From Mobula hypostoma (Eukaryota), in NCBI RefSeq assembly GCF_963921235.1, contig NC_086097.1, positions 161,636,001 through 161,700,000 on the forward strand: 64,000 nt of DNA, given 5' to 3'. Positions 12,369-24,345 of this stretch are shown here, one piece after another; position 1 is the stretch's first letter; the number at the start of each line of letters is the position of its first letter. The notes beneath the pieces were generated by a model. The model was not told the origin of the DNA. It searched no databases and was given only the letters and a program-made list of their open reading frames with translations. The translations under genes and the position numbers were made by a program.

Positions 12369-13428
12369 CGCATCTCCCCCATTTCACGTACATCTGCTCT
12401 CACTCCATCCTCCCGCCACCCCACTAGGAATAGGGTTCCCCTGGTCCTCACCTACCACCCCACCAGCCTCCGGGTCCAACATATTATTCCGTAACTTCCG
12501 CCACCTCCAACAGGATCCCACCACTAAGCACATCTTTCCCTCCCCCCCCCCTGCATTCCGCAGAGATCGTTCCCTACGCGACTCCCTTGTCCATTCGTCC
12601 CCCCCATCCCTCCCCACTGATCTCCCTCCTGGCACTTATCCATGTAAGCGGAACAAGTGCTACACATGCCCTTACACTTCCTCCGTTACCACCATTCAGG
12701 GCCCCAAACAGTCCTTCCAGGTGAGGCAACACTTCACCTGAGAGTCGACTGGGGTGATAAACTGCGTCCGGTGCTCCCGATGTGGCCTTCTATATATCGG
12801 CGAGACCCGACGCAGACTGGGAGATCGTTTTGCTGAACGCTCTGTGCGCCAGAGAAAGTAGGATCTCCCAGTGGCCACACATTTTAATTCCACATCCCAT
12901 TCCGATATGTCTATCCACGGCCTCCTCTACTGTAAAGATGAAGCCACACTCAGGTTGGAGGAACAACACCTTATATTCCGTCTGGGTAGCCTCCAACCTG
13001 ATGGCATGAACATCGACTTCTCTAACTTCTGTTAAGGCCCCACCTCCCCCTCGTACCCCATCTGTTACTTATTTTTATGCACACATTCTTTCTCTCACTC
13101 TCCTTTTTCTCCCTCTGTCCCTCTGAATATACCTCTTGCCCATCCTCTGGGTCCCCCCACCTTGTCTTTCTACCCGGACCTCCTGCCCCATGATCCTCTC
13201 GTATCCCCTTTTGCCTATCACCTGTCCGGCTCTTGGTTCTATCCCTCCCCCTCCTGTCTTCTCCTATCATTTTGCATCTCCCCCTCCCCCTCCAGCTTTC
13301 AAATCCCTTACTCACTCTTCCTTCAGTTAGTCCTGACGAAGGGTCTCGGCCTGAAACGTCGACTGCACCTCTTCCTGCAGGTGTTGCTTGGCCTGCTGCA
13401 TTCACCAGCAACTTTGATGTGTGTTGTT
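12369..13428 (+). mobile_element. Penelope-like element 3' part (GIY-YIG endonuclease + terminal repeat)
   Basis: Translates FT..STGVINCVRCSRCGLLYIGETRRRLGDRFAE...RLEEQHLIFRLGSLQPDGMN; 9-bp TSD tagtgaaaa at 12360-12368 and 13429-13437. Confidence 0.9.
13328..13365 (+). ncRNA. Minimal type I hammerhead ribozyme (PLE-associated)
   Basis: TAGTC-CTGACGA-AGGGTCTCGGCCT-GAAAC-GTC-GACTG: stem I TAGTC/GACTG, core CUGANGA and GAAA, short stem II, palindromic ACGT stem III, GUC cleavage triplet. Confidence 0.8.
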
Positions 13429-13934
13429 TAGTGAAAATGACGGTCATGTTTGTCAAATAACCCTGCTGTACCCCACTTAGTGACTTATCTACACAAACCA
13501 AGAGCAATCTAAATTGGAAAAAAATAGCAAACAAAAACAGGATGAAGTACTTACGATGCTTAACAGCTTTGAATCGCCATGTATAGCATCCAAAGGCGAC
13601 TTCGAAAAATTTGCACAAAACTTATCTGCTGGGGCGATTGAAGATGACAGGATTCCACTCTAGCTCCGGGGATCCAGAAGTGGGTGTCAGACAAGCGGAC
13701 TCTGCCACGCATGGAGCAGCTGGTGACTACAGACGGCTTGGCACAGCAGAGTTCTCTCTTCACCCACTCCGCTGACAAAGGAAACAAAAACTTTCATCGA
13801 CTATCACCTGACAACGTTCTCCGAATCTTTGTTCAAAAGATCGATCGCTTTAGGGTTTTTTTGTCCCTACTCTGTCAACACACAAAACTATTTTTATTTC
13901 CCCATTCCAGTTTGATTTCCTTCTAGCTGGAATT

Positions 13935-14180
13935 TGCCATCTCCGGCGCAGGTTCGCGCGCGCCGCACAACCATACAGGTGACGTCGGGCACGAGCGCGC
14001 CGCAAAACCACGCAAGTGACGTTGAGCACGAACGCACCGCCCCAAGGCGTGATTTAGGGCGCGCGACTGCACGGCCCATGGGGTGATGTTGAGCGCATGT
14101 GCATCACACTGTGACGTTCTTAACGCGGCAGCCGTTGGAGTGAGGGTGGAGGTGGAGGTGGAGACGGGCACGAACCAATG
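13935..14180. promoter_or_regulatory. CpG island, probable (bidirectional) promoter with CRE/ATF motifs
   Basis: Dense CpG in an otherwise CpG-depleted window; TGACGT motifs near 13980, 14017 and 14112; YY1-like GCCATCT near 13937; splice-donor-like sites on both sides (minus ~13554, plus ~14186). Confidence 0.7.
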
Positions 14181-14480
14181 TTCAGGTAGATTGGATTATA
14201 TTGCAGATGGTTAACCAGAACCTTCGTTAGGTTTTGTTGAAACCGAAAAGCACTGAACGTACAGGAATAAAAACAGTAAATGCTGAAAACTGTTAGTCGG
14301 TTATACAACATTAGCATGGAGAGAGATTCCCGTGGTCCATTATAAATGTGCATTAGTTGCTGTACTCGGTATTCTTGTGTTTCAACACTTTTTCTCTCTC
14401 CCAAGAACGTCAAGAAAAACGGGGAAGTGAGTCAAGTTTTGAACTTGCGCGACCATGTAACATAATAATGGCTGATCCAA

Positions 14481-14623
14481 CATAAAAGTTAGTCCTGACG
14501 AAGGGTCTCGGCCTGAAACGTCGACTGCACCTCTTCCTACAGATGCTGCCTGGCCTGCTGCGTTCACCAGCAACTTTTGATGTGTGTTCCTTGAATTTCC
14601 AGCATCTGCAGGTTGTTTGCATA
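14481..14623 (+). mobile_element. Short Penelope-like terminal-repeat insertion
   Basis: Matches 13326-13428; TSD gctgatccaa at 14471-14480 and 14624-14633. Confidence 0.85.
14490..14527 (+). ncRNA. Minimal type I hammerhead ribozyme (PLE-associated)
   Basis: Sequence identical to 13328-13365. Confidence 0.8.
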
Positions 14624-15047
14624 GCTGATCCAATCTTGATTTCAAAATCACTATCCTACTCAGTTCCCATGAGACACGAGGAACTGCAGGTGCTGGAATT
14701 TAGAGCAGTCCTAACAGAAAGTCTGAGCCCAAAATGTCATTTGTCTCTGCCTTCACAAATGCTGCTTGACCTGCTGAGTTATTATAGCAGATTGTTTTTT
14801 TTTGCTGCTGACTTCAAAATCAGTTCACTTTTGTCTTGTCCTCATGTCTGTCAGTCTTTTGCTTTAATATTTTAAATGACTACTTCTTTAGTTTATTGGG
14901 TTCGAAATTTCGAAGAAGTCTGGATAGAAGAAATACTTAATGTCTGTTTAACACTGTTCCCCTTAGTTATAATTACAGGCCCTTGGTCTGATAAGACTAT
15001 GGTCTGCATCTAGCTTGTCCCAGTTTCCTATATTCAAACCATATCCT

Positions 15048-15175
15048 TGATGTCCTGCCGAAGGGTCTAGGCCTGAAACGTCGACTGTACTTTTTTCCAT
15101 AGATGCTGCCTGGCTTGCTGAGTTCCTCCAGCATTTTGTGTGTGTTGTGTGGATTTCCAGCATCTACAAATTTTA
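15048..15175 (+). mobile_element. Penelope-like terminal remnant with altered hammerhead core (CTGCCGA)
   Basis: gtcctgccgaagggtctaggcctgaaacgtcgactg followed by agatgctgcctggc. Confidence 0.75.
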
Positions 15176-16789
15176 TCTTTGTCCCTGATTCTTGATGTTT
15201 CTGTATGAAACTGTTCTCTTGTTATCCATGCTGCCATGCCCTCTCTGAAGATTGTAAATTTTAGTTGATTGTTTCTCTGCCTTCTAAACACTAATGGGTA
15301 TACAGTATATTTAACCTGCTTGTTTTCTTCATACATTCACCCTTCATCTCAGAAATCAGCCTAGTTAACCCTTCCTACATTAATCAAATCCAAATATATA
15401 CTTCCATTAATATTACAACTAAACATGACTACGACACACTTGATTTCCCCCTAATCCAATGCATTCATATGCATTGTAAGTGGTTGATGTCCTTCAGTGA
15501 TTGCCTATGGTACCCTACCTAATTATTCAATGTCAATCCATAAATCATCAATTTATGCTGCCTCTATATTCTGTTAGCCAATCCCCTAATCATATCAGAG
15601 TATTACTCCCAACCACATGCTATCTCCGCTTGTACTGTAACCTTTTATGAGGCACTTTTTGACTGCCTCTGGAAATTAAAATACACTACATCTTCAGATT
15701 CCCACTATCAACATTGTTTGTTATGTGCTGAAGGAACTTGAGCAAATTTGTCAAATATAATTTTGTTTCAATATATTGTCATATGCTTTTCCCAGTATCC
15801 TTTATCTACCTGCTTTGGTAATGGAATCAAGCAATTTCTTAATGAACAATTTTAGGCTTCCTGGTCTCCAGTTCTGTGATCCTGTCCCCTTTTTTGAAAA
15901 GGAAAAAAAAAAAAATATATATATATATATATATAATTTCAGAATTCCTTAAGCTCCTTTAAGGCCCAAGAATAGAGGCCATAATGTCCAAAGAACAGAC
16001 TATAGGGAACATAAGCATCGAACTTAATCAATTTCCCTTAAGCCATAATAGACCCATAGGCCTGCGATAAAAAATTGCTTTCTAAATAGCATTATCCACT
16101 TGTAAGATCAAAAACAGTTATATGTAAACTTCCAACTATATTTCTTTGTTTAACTTCTGGTCATAAGGGAGTTAAGTCTTCAGTTGTTAAAATGGAAATG
16201 GAAAGCAGTAATCAGCTTAAAGTTTAAAGCACTTACTTTAGAACAGCTTTGAAAATAGCTCAGTCCATAGAACACATTATGTCTAAGGAAACTCAGTGCA
16301 CTGCTTTATTAGTGCTCAAAGTTCAATATAAGACAATGGGTTGTTTAATTTGGGTTGTTTCCAATAGGCAAGCTAACTCTTAAGTTCCTTAGTTCAAAGA
16401 AGGCTGCAAAAGGAATTAGCTTTTGTAGCGTTAACTGTGAACTGTAAACATTAATCTGTGTAAAGATACTTTTAGACCTTTTGTGTTAAAAGGACGTCTG
16501 AGGAAATAGATCTGTGTGAAGTCACCCAAGTGGGCGAAAAACAGTATCAATGTAGAGTGCAGTTCAGGCTTATTAGGAATGGGATAAGGAACATCAAGAA
16601 AAAGATATGGAAGAAACACTGGGCAAACTGGAATTCATTGCACCAGCTTCAGTTGCTGAGTTGAATGATTCATTGGTATGCATCATGGTATGTATTTTTA
16701 GTTTATAGGAATTGTACCTGTGTTTTGGAAATCCTTTGAGTTTAAGAAATCATTTGTGCTTTGTGTTTTGGGAATTGTTTATAATTTGA

Positions 16790-17860
16790 AAATGTTTAAG
16801 ATAAAAAATCTTCTGAGTCTTAAATGTGTTTTAAGAGTGTTGTTTGGATTTAAACATATACCACTAAATAAATAAACTTTAATTGCTGGTGGTGTCTTCT
16901 TCTTGCTAGGGAGGGGGACCCACTTCTCCAATAGTAGGTATTGGCAGCTAAATTTGCTATGAAGGATAAACAGTTAAGTAAACTAGTTTTTGAAGCTTGG
17001 GTAGATACCGTATAATCTCCCTTCAGTGAGACTACTCATGGCAATTTATATCCTATAGGGCTTAAGGTCTTCATTTGAGTTCACAACTTCTTAGACAGCA
17101 AATACAATACCAACACAATCAGCACCCGACATGGTCACCTTTTAACAAAAGTATTATTTTAGGAAGAATTAGTTCAACTCAGAGAGCTCGCGTTAAGTGC
17201 TACAGCACCCCTACCTAGCACTATAGAATGGTCGACATCCTGGTTCCCAGCAGTTGCACAGGCAAATGCTGGTTGATATTATGAATATGTTAATTATGTA
17301 GCAGAAATATGAGATAATACCCCAACTGCTCCTCCAATTGAAGGAGATGAATACTTTTTTCTTCAAATCAGAAACTGTAAAGATGATGTGATAGAACACA
17401 GCAGTAATTCCTTCCAGACACACGAGGTAGTGCCCACAGCAGTAAACCCTAAAGGTACTAATGAAGCCTGGAGAACAGATGCTCGAGAACATGCATTAGA
17501 ATTACAAAATTAAAACATTGGCGAATTTTAACTGTAATTTGGAAATGTTTAAAATGTGTTTTAAGAGTGTTGTTTGAATTTAAATGTTTATCACTAAATA
17601 AATAAACTATGTTTTAAACTACTTTGTTAACTGGAAGTATCTTCTTGGTAGGAAGGAAGGACCCACCACTCAAATAGTAGGCACTAGCAGCTAAGCTCAC
17701 AGTGAAGAATAAACAAGGAAGTAAACTAGTTTTTGAAGATTGGGTAGATACAGTGTAATCTCCCTTTAGTGAGAGTACTCGTGGCTATTTATATCCAATA
17801 GGGCTTAAGGACATCATTTGAGTTAAGAACTTCATGGTCATCAAACCCAGTACCATCACA
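16790..17860 (+). mobile_element. Old LTR-like direct repeat pair with short internal segment (putative ERV/LTR relic)
   Basis: Diverged ~330-bp direct repeats at ~16790-17117 and ~17530-17860, each with AATAAA and ending in CACA; degenerate PBS-like sequence after the first copy. Confidence 0.5.
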
Positions 17861-18514
17861 GGCCAAAATCATCTCCTCCTCGTGCCGTTAGAAAAACGTG
17901 GCTCAATATTACATCTTCTGGTGAGTTGATTTTATATTAACATTACATCACATTATTTAGTAAATTTGAATGTGGACATGGATGTTATTTTTGTTAATAG
18001 CAGAATAGCACATTTTTGAGAGCACGTTTTCCGATGTTATGTATAACCATTTACCTCTGGTTGCTCAAATGTTCCATTAAAATAACAATGCATAATGGAA
18101 CTTTGTTTTGACAGCTGTTTATGGGTAGGTCACATCAGGACTGAATACCACTGTTCCGTTGAAGTTGCTGTTTTTAAATGAGATTTTAAACCTAGGACAT
18201 ATCTGCTACCATAAGTAGATAATAGAATTTCATGAGAGAAGAGGATTTCACCTTGCTTGAATATTTATTGCTTAATTAACATCTCTGAAAATACATTGTC
18301 CCATGTTACAAAATAGAGTGTAAATTACCAAGAGATACTTTGAGCTGTTCTGAAACTATCAAAAGTGCAACAAATCAGGAGTGCTGTCCTTCCCAACTAT
18401 GAATGCTAATGATATTTAGGAAACCTTGCCAATGAAAATATTTCTCTCAGCACTCCTTCCCCTACCCATAAAAAAATATATATATATAGACATCCGTCCC
18501 ACAACGTGAGGGAA

Positions 18515-21500
18515 TAATAAACTCTTCAATCAGGTGGTGGTTCTCTTGGTGGCCAAACAAGAGTTTAATAGAAAAACAAAATACATTTAAGTCAGACAGC
18601 CTCTTGAACAATGTTTCTTTCAATTTTATATCAATTACAATTCAGCAAAACATGCTGAGCTGTCTCTGGAGTACCACAGTCACATAATCCAGTAGGATGT
18701 TTTCCTATTATCTTTAAATAATAGTTTAGCCCACAATGCCCCAACCCAAGTCTTTGTTAATTTCACCTTATCTCTATGATTTAAAAAGTAACAGTCTGAG
18801 ACCTTTTTAACTAGTGGGTGACTAGAAAAGAAATGCCTTCCCTTTAAAAACACAAACACGAGGAAATCTGCAGATGCTGGAATTTCAAGCAACACACATA
18901 AAAATTGCTGGGGAACGTAGCAGGCCAGGCAGCATCTATAGGAAGTAGTACTTGCCCTGACGAAGGGTCTCGGCCCGAAACGTCGACTGTACCTCTTCCT
19001 ATAGATGCTGCCTGGCCTGCTGCATTCACCAGTAATTTTTATGTGTGATGCCTTTCCTTTAATTCATTTTTCCAATCCTCCTGCCACTTATTCTCTGTAC
19101 ACTTTTTTATCCTACTTCTCAATTCTGCTATGCCTGGGGGTACTCTAATTTCTACTTGCCTGCTCTGTAAGGAAGACTTTGCAGTGCCATCCACAATTTC
19201 ATTTCCCTCCACCCCAGCATGCCCAGGTATCCATGTAAATCTGACTTCACAACCCATCTTCCTTACTCTAAACAAAACTAAGAGAATCTCAATAACTATG
19301 TCAGGACGAGCTTTTGATTTATTCCCCTTTATAGCATCTAAGGTCTACGGCAGCAGCAGAATCCGAACAGATGATAACCCTGCATGGTCGAGAATCTTCC
19401 ATCCACCATAAGGCCCAGAGGACTGCTAATAATTCTGTTGCAAAGACAGAAACACCATCTGAAACCCGGTGACCAATCTTAACTCCAAGTTGAGACACGT
19501 ACATCCCAAATCCTGCCTTACTGCTCTCTGGGTCCACGAGCCATCAGTGAAAAACTTCAGATAAAATCCCCATTTATTATTTAAATATTCATTTATGATC
19601 GAAGCTGTTGAAATTGCTCTGCTTCCTTGAGGCTGAAAAAGGAGGAATAGGTCTACTTCTAGTTCTGGCAAAAGCCAAAAAGGAATGGGTGGCAAGCAAA
19701 TTTGGTCAGCTATGTCTTCCTCAATCAGTTACAATTTCACAGCCCAGTTATTAACCAAATCTAAAAATGAATATTTTTTAATTTTACTTTGGCTCTCCAA
19801 CTTCCCCTGCAAAAGACATCTTGATGGACAGCTGTGATTGAAGCCATTTAGTTTTGCCCAATACTGCAGGCCCAACTGAACTAGTCTTAAATGTAGAGGC
19901 ACTTCTCCCATCTCCACACATAATGCAGGGACTGATGTTGTTCTAAAAGCTCCACAACAGAGTCTAAGTGCTTTGGCCTGCACAGTGTCTAATTTTTCAA
20001 GCACTGCCACAGCAGCGGAACCACAAGCAATACAACCATAATCAATAACTGATCTAATCATAGCTAGATATATTAAGTACATAGTTTCCCGCCCTGCTCC
20101 CCAGTCACATCCAGCAATACTTTTCATAACATTTAAAACTTTCTCACACTTTCCAATTGTTTTATCTATATGAACCCTCCAAGTAAGTCTTTCATCAAAA
20201 CAGGCACCTAAAAACTTGAATACCTCAACTTTTTCTGATGGAGAATCATATAGACACAATTCACAATCAGGAATCTTTCTTCGAAAGCCAAAAATTATAT
20301 ATTTGGACTTAGAAGCAGAAATCCTGAAACCCCATTTATTTTCCCAGTTCTTAACTGACCTTAAAGCCTTTCGTACCTGCTTTAATTTATACTTGACGTT
20401 TCTTTCTGTTTTCCAGATTGCATCATCGTCTGCAAACAACGATTTGCCAAATCCTGTTCCTACCTGATCAAAGATATCATTTATCATGACATTAAAAAGA
20501 ACCGGACTAATGACGCTTCCTTGAGGGGTACCATTACCTATTTTAACTGACTTGGAGCTTGTTCCGCCTATTCTTACTTGAATTGTCCTTTCCTTGAGAA
20601 AATCTTTGATCCAATTAAACATTCTACCTCTAATTCCCGCATCATAGAGTTTAATTAATAAACCATCCTTCCATAGTAAGTCATATGCTGTTTCAATATC
20701 TAGAAATGCACTTACCATTACTTCTCTAATTTGAAATGTTTTTTTAATATCGTGATCTAAAAGGGCAAGAAATTCCATTGTTGATCTTCCAGTTCTAAAA
20801 CCATTTTGATAGGCAGCAAAATGTCCCTTCTTTTCTAAAAAGTAAAGTCTGTTGGTGACCATTTGTTGCATAGTTTTACAAAGCCCTGATATTAAAGCTA
20901 TAGGCCGATACAAACCGGGACTAGACGCGTCTTTACCTGGCTTTAAAACTGGAACTACCACCGCATGCTTCCATTCTACTGGTAATTTTCCTTCTTTCCA
21001 CACAATTAAACAAAGCTAGCATTTCTATTAATACAGAGTCATCTAAATGCTTAAGCAATTCATAACACAGTCCATCCCTACCAGGAGAAGTACTTGAACC
21101 TGATTGGACATCTTCCTGAAGGGAGAAAAACAAATTTATGGAGCTATTATCATCCAAACTCCTGTCCAGTTTCCAACTTTCCTTTAACATAATTTCCTTT
21201 CTCAAATCACCTGTTTCTCCAGAACTGTGTAATGCTCGGAACACCTCTACAAACATATCAGCCTTTTACTTATTAGTTACAGCTTCAATATCTCCTTCCA
21301 GCAAAGCTGGGATAGATGGTTTTCTATATATCCCTGACATTCTGTGAATGATTGTCCATAGCTGCTTCTTTTTTTTAGATTATGAGGACACTCAGTTCTC
21401 ATTTATTGTCATTTAGAAATGCATGCATTAAAAATGGTACGATGTTCCTCCAGAAAGTTATTACAGGTTTCTTAGGGGCAAGCGTTCCACAAAATCTTCT

Positions 21501-23935
21501 CCAACTATCCCTCTTTGCATTTTTAATTACTCTCCTTGCTACTGCTCTTTCCTTTTAATACTCCATAACATTATCTAACACTGGGTACTTTCTTAATTTC
21601 CTGTAAGCTCTTATTTCTGTTTCTTACTGCTACATCACAATTTTTATTCCACCACGGAACTAATGCTCGAGCCTTCGGAACATTCTGTAGCAGAATAGTC
21701 AACTGAGCAACTTTATGAATTATAGGAGAGGGATTTATTCCAATCGTCTATGGAGCCCTCGCTATCAATCTCTTCTATTATATCCACAGTTTTCTCCTGG
21801 TACTCATCCCAATGGGCCAAAGAAAAATTATACCTAGCAGCCCTCTCCTCAACTTCTACTATCAAATTTCTACCAAATCTACATAATATAGGATAGTGAT
21901 CACTTCTTAGTGTGTATCTGTCCATAGCATCCCATTCCCCGACCCTGGCTAAGTTTGTGGAAGCGATTGATAAGTCTAAGTGACTACAAGTATTCTTTAC
22001 AATTTTAAATCTTGTAGGCCGTCCATCATTTAGAAGTACCATGTTGTATTTATCTAGAAACTCCTCCACTACAGTTCCATTACTATATTTACTTTCACTA
22101 CCCCATATAGGATTATGGGCATTGAAATCTCCAACACAGATTACTGGGGATCTTACCTTATTCATAATTTCATCAAAATCTGATAACATCATATTACATG
22201 GATTATAAAAGTTAATCAAAGCTGTGTGACCACAAGAGCTCCAAACCTCCACAGCCACAATTTCAAGGTTAGATTTAAAATCAAGTCTTCTAAACTGAAG
22301 TCCTGTTTTTATGAAAGTTGCACACCCTCCACCAGATTTACCTGTTCTGTCAGTTCTCAAACTGTCATATCCAGGGATCACAAAATCTAAATGAGGCTTT
22401 AACCATGTCTCCTGTATACAGATCAAATCAGGCTTATCTTTAAAAGTTCCAACAAATCTTTTTAATTCTTGACCATTTGCAATTAAACTTCTTGCATTCC
22501 ATTGTAATATTAAAAACATCCAAATACTAATTATCGGCCTCTTCATCCACATGAAGCTGCTCCATACTCTCTGACCCTGACAACTGGGAGGTATTCAGTG
22601 ATTATTTGTCTGTCATATACTCAGGTAATTTTTCCAGTAACACCTGTGTCATATCAAGGAATCTCTGTGCAGCCCCAACAACTGCTTTTTATCATATCCG
22701 ACCTCTTGGTTGTAGTTTTAGCCCCGAACAGTACATAAATAACAAACGCCAAAAAAGACTCTTTAGTCGTCAACAACATGTGTGAAGGAACCATAGTTGG
22801 AGAACGCGGAATGTGCTGACTCCCCATCGATCCAATCATTTCTTTACTTATCCTTTGCTCCCTATCAACTTTCCTTACTGCCTCAGCATATGATATTTTT
22901 TGTTGGTTACGAACAACCTGAATCTGCTTTGCCTTGATAAAATACTCACATCCTCTGAATGCCACTACATGGTCCCTTCCACAGTTACTGCATTTAGGCA
23001 CCGCTGCCTTACATGCTTTAATATCATGATCCTCTCCACATTTCACACATTTCTTTTACCTCAACATGAACCGGCAACATGTCCAAATCTCTGGCAATTA
23101 TAGCAGCGCAGGGGAGGTCTAATATATTCCCTAACTTGATATGACATGCTCCCACAAGTAGACTCTAGTTGGAAGAACATCACCTGCAAAAACCAGTAGG
23201 ACAGGAGAATCCCAATCACCTCCTTCTCTCAATTTTAATCGTTTGGCTTCAATCACTCGACCACTTTTAATATTCTCCAAAATTTCTTTTTCAGTTATGC
23301 CAGACCAAATACCATACACTCTCCCCCCCCCCCCCACAACTCCCTTCCTTTCTTTCAGAGTAATACACTCCACTTTCACAACGAATTTTCCCACCACTTT
23401 AGCACTGCTATATTGGTCAACATCTTTGCAACAAATTTTCAGCAATCCATCAGACAAAATCGGCCTGGAATCCTTTACCTATTTGGTTCTGTAATGCTGC
23501 TGCCACTTTCAAGGGATTAAGGGCTCTAAATCCTCCTTCCCCTTCCATCTGACCTTTAATTTTATACAGAACTAAAAATTCCTCCAAGTCACTCCATTTC
23601 CTCAATTTTTTGTCCCCCATTACATCAGATCTTTCACTTGATGCACCCTTTTTTGGCTACCCTTACTTCTGGAGTATTCTACAGTCTCCCACCTTCGTCC
23701 TTCAATCTCAACCCCCCTCCCCCCTTTGCAGCCATAGGCGACAAACTAACCCTTTCCAAAAACTACTGGGCTGAATAAAGGGGAAGAAAATAAATTAATA
23801 AAATACATAAAATCAAACAAACAGGCCAACCAAAATTTAAGGAAAACCACCACTGATCCCCCTGTCTCCTGCCCCAAGCCACCATTTGTCTCAGCAGTCC
23901 TCCCACCCAAGTCCCCCATCCCCACCATTCAGCTG
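18515..23935 (-). mobile_element. Full-length decayed I-group LINE (Nimb/I-like) with RNase H
   Basis: ORF1 with CCHC knuckles (CY.CQRFGH...C, KCGEDH...C, CSNCGRDH...C); APE (QWNARSL, CIQETW, GDFNAH, SDH); RT (YRPIAL, GTPQGSVISP, FADD); RNase H (FTDGS, TELLAV, ICSDS, WIPGHAGVEGNE). Many frameshifts. Confidence 0.9.
18848..19047. mobile_element. Penelope-like inverted terminal insertion nested in the I-group LINE
   Basis: 15-bp TSD atgccttYcctttaa at 18833-18847 and 19048-19062; two arms in opposite orientation; hammerhead core at 18957-18989 lacking the 5' strand of stem I. Confidence 0.85.
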
Positions 23936-23949
23936 TGCCTCCAGAGTTC

Positions 23950-24345
23950 CTTGCTCTTCCTCTTTGAGGATGTTTACAGCAACAGGTGCATAAAGAAGAT
24001 CATCAGTGACACCAGTCACCCCAACCATAAAGTGTTTCAGCTGCTTCTGTCTGGCAAGCAGCACTGCAGTATTAAAGCCAAGACCAACAGGCTATGGAAC
24101 AGCTTCTTTCTACAAGCCATTAAATTTATGAAAGTTTAAACTTTGGAAAATAGAGGACTATGGGTAAGCTGAGTAATTTCTAAGGTAGGGACATGTTCAG
24201 CACAACTTTGTGGGCCAAAGGGCCTGTATTGTGCTGTAGGTTTTCTAAGTTCATAAATTCATATGTTTGTACATTGTAACAGAGTCATAACGCAAAGATT
24301 TTTACTCCCTCACGTTGTGGGATGGATGTAAGATTTAAATAAATT
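23950..24345 (+). mobile_element. Rex1/Babar 3' fragment with a nested CR1 3' tail (~24135-24250)
   Basis: ORF 23951-24139 (HPNHKVFQLLLSGK..SIKAKTNRL.NSFFLQAIK). Confidence 0.75.

Noticed and set aside
13022..13618. 198-aa minus ORF
   Set aside because: Chimera of unique DNA and the antisense PLE terminus; low-complexity.
13323..14623. Single LTR or retrozyme element carrying the CpG island
   Set aside because: Each flanking repeat has its own TSD, so they are independent insertions.
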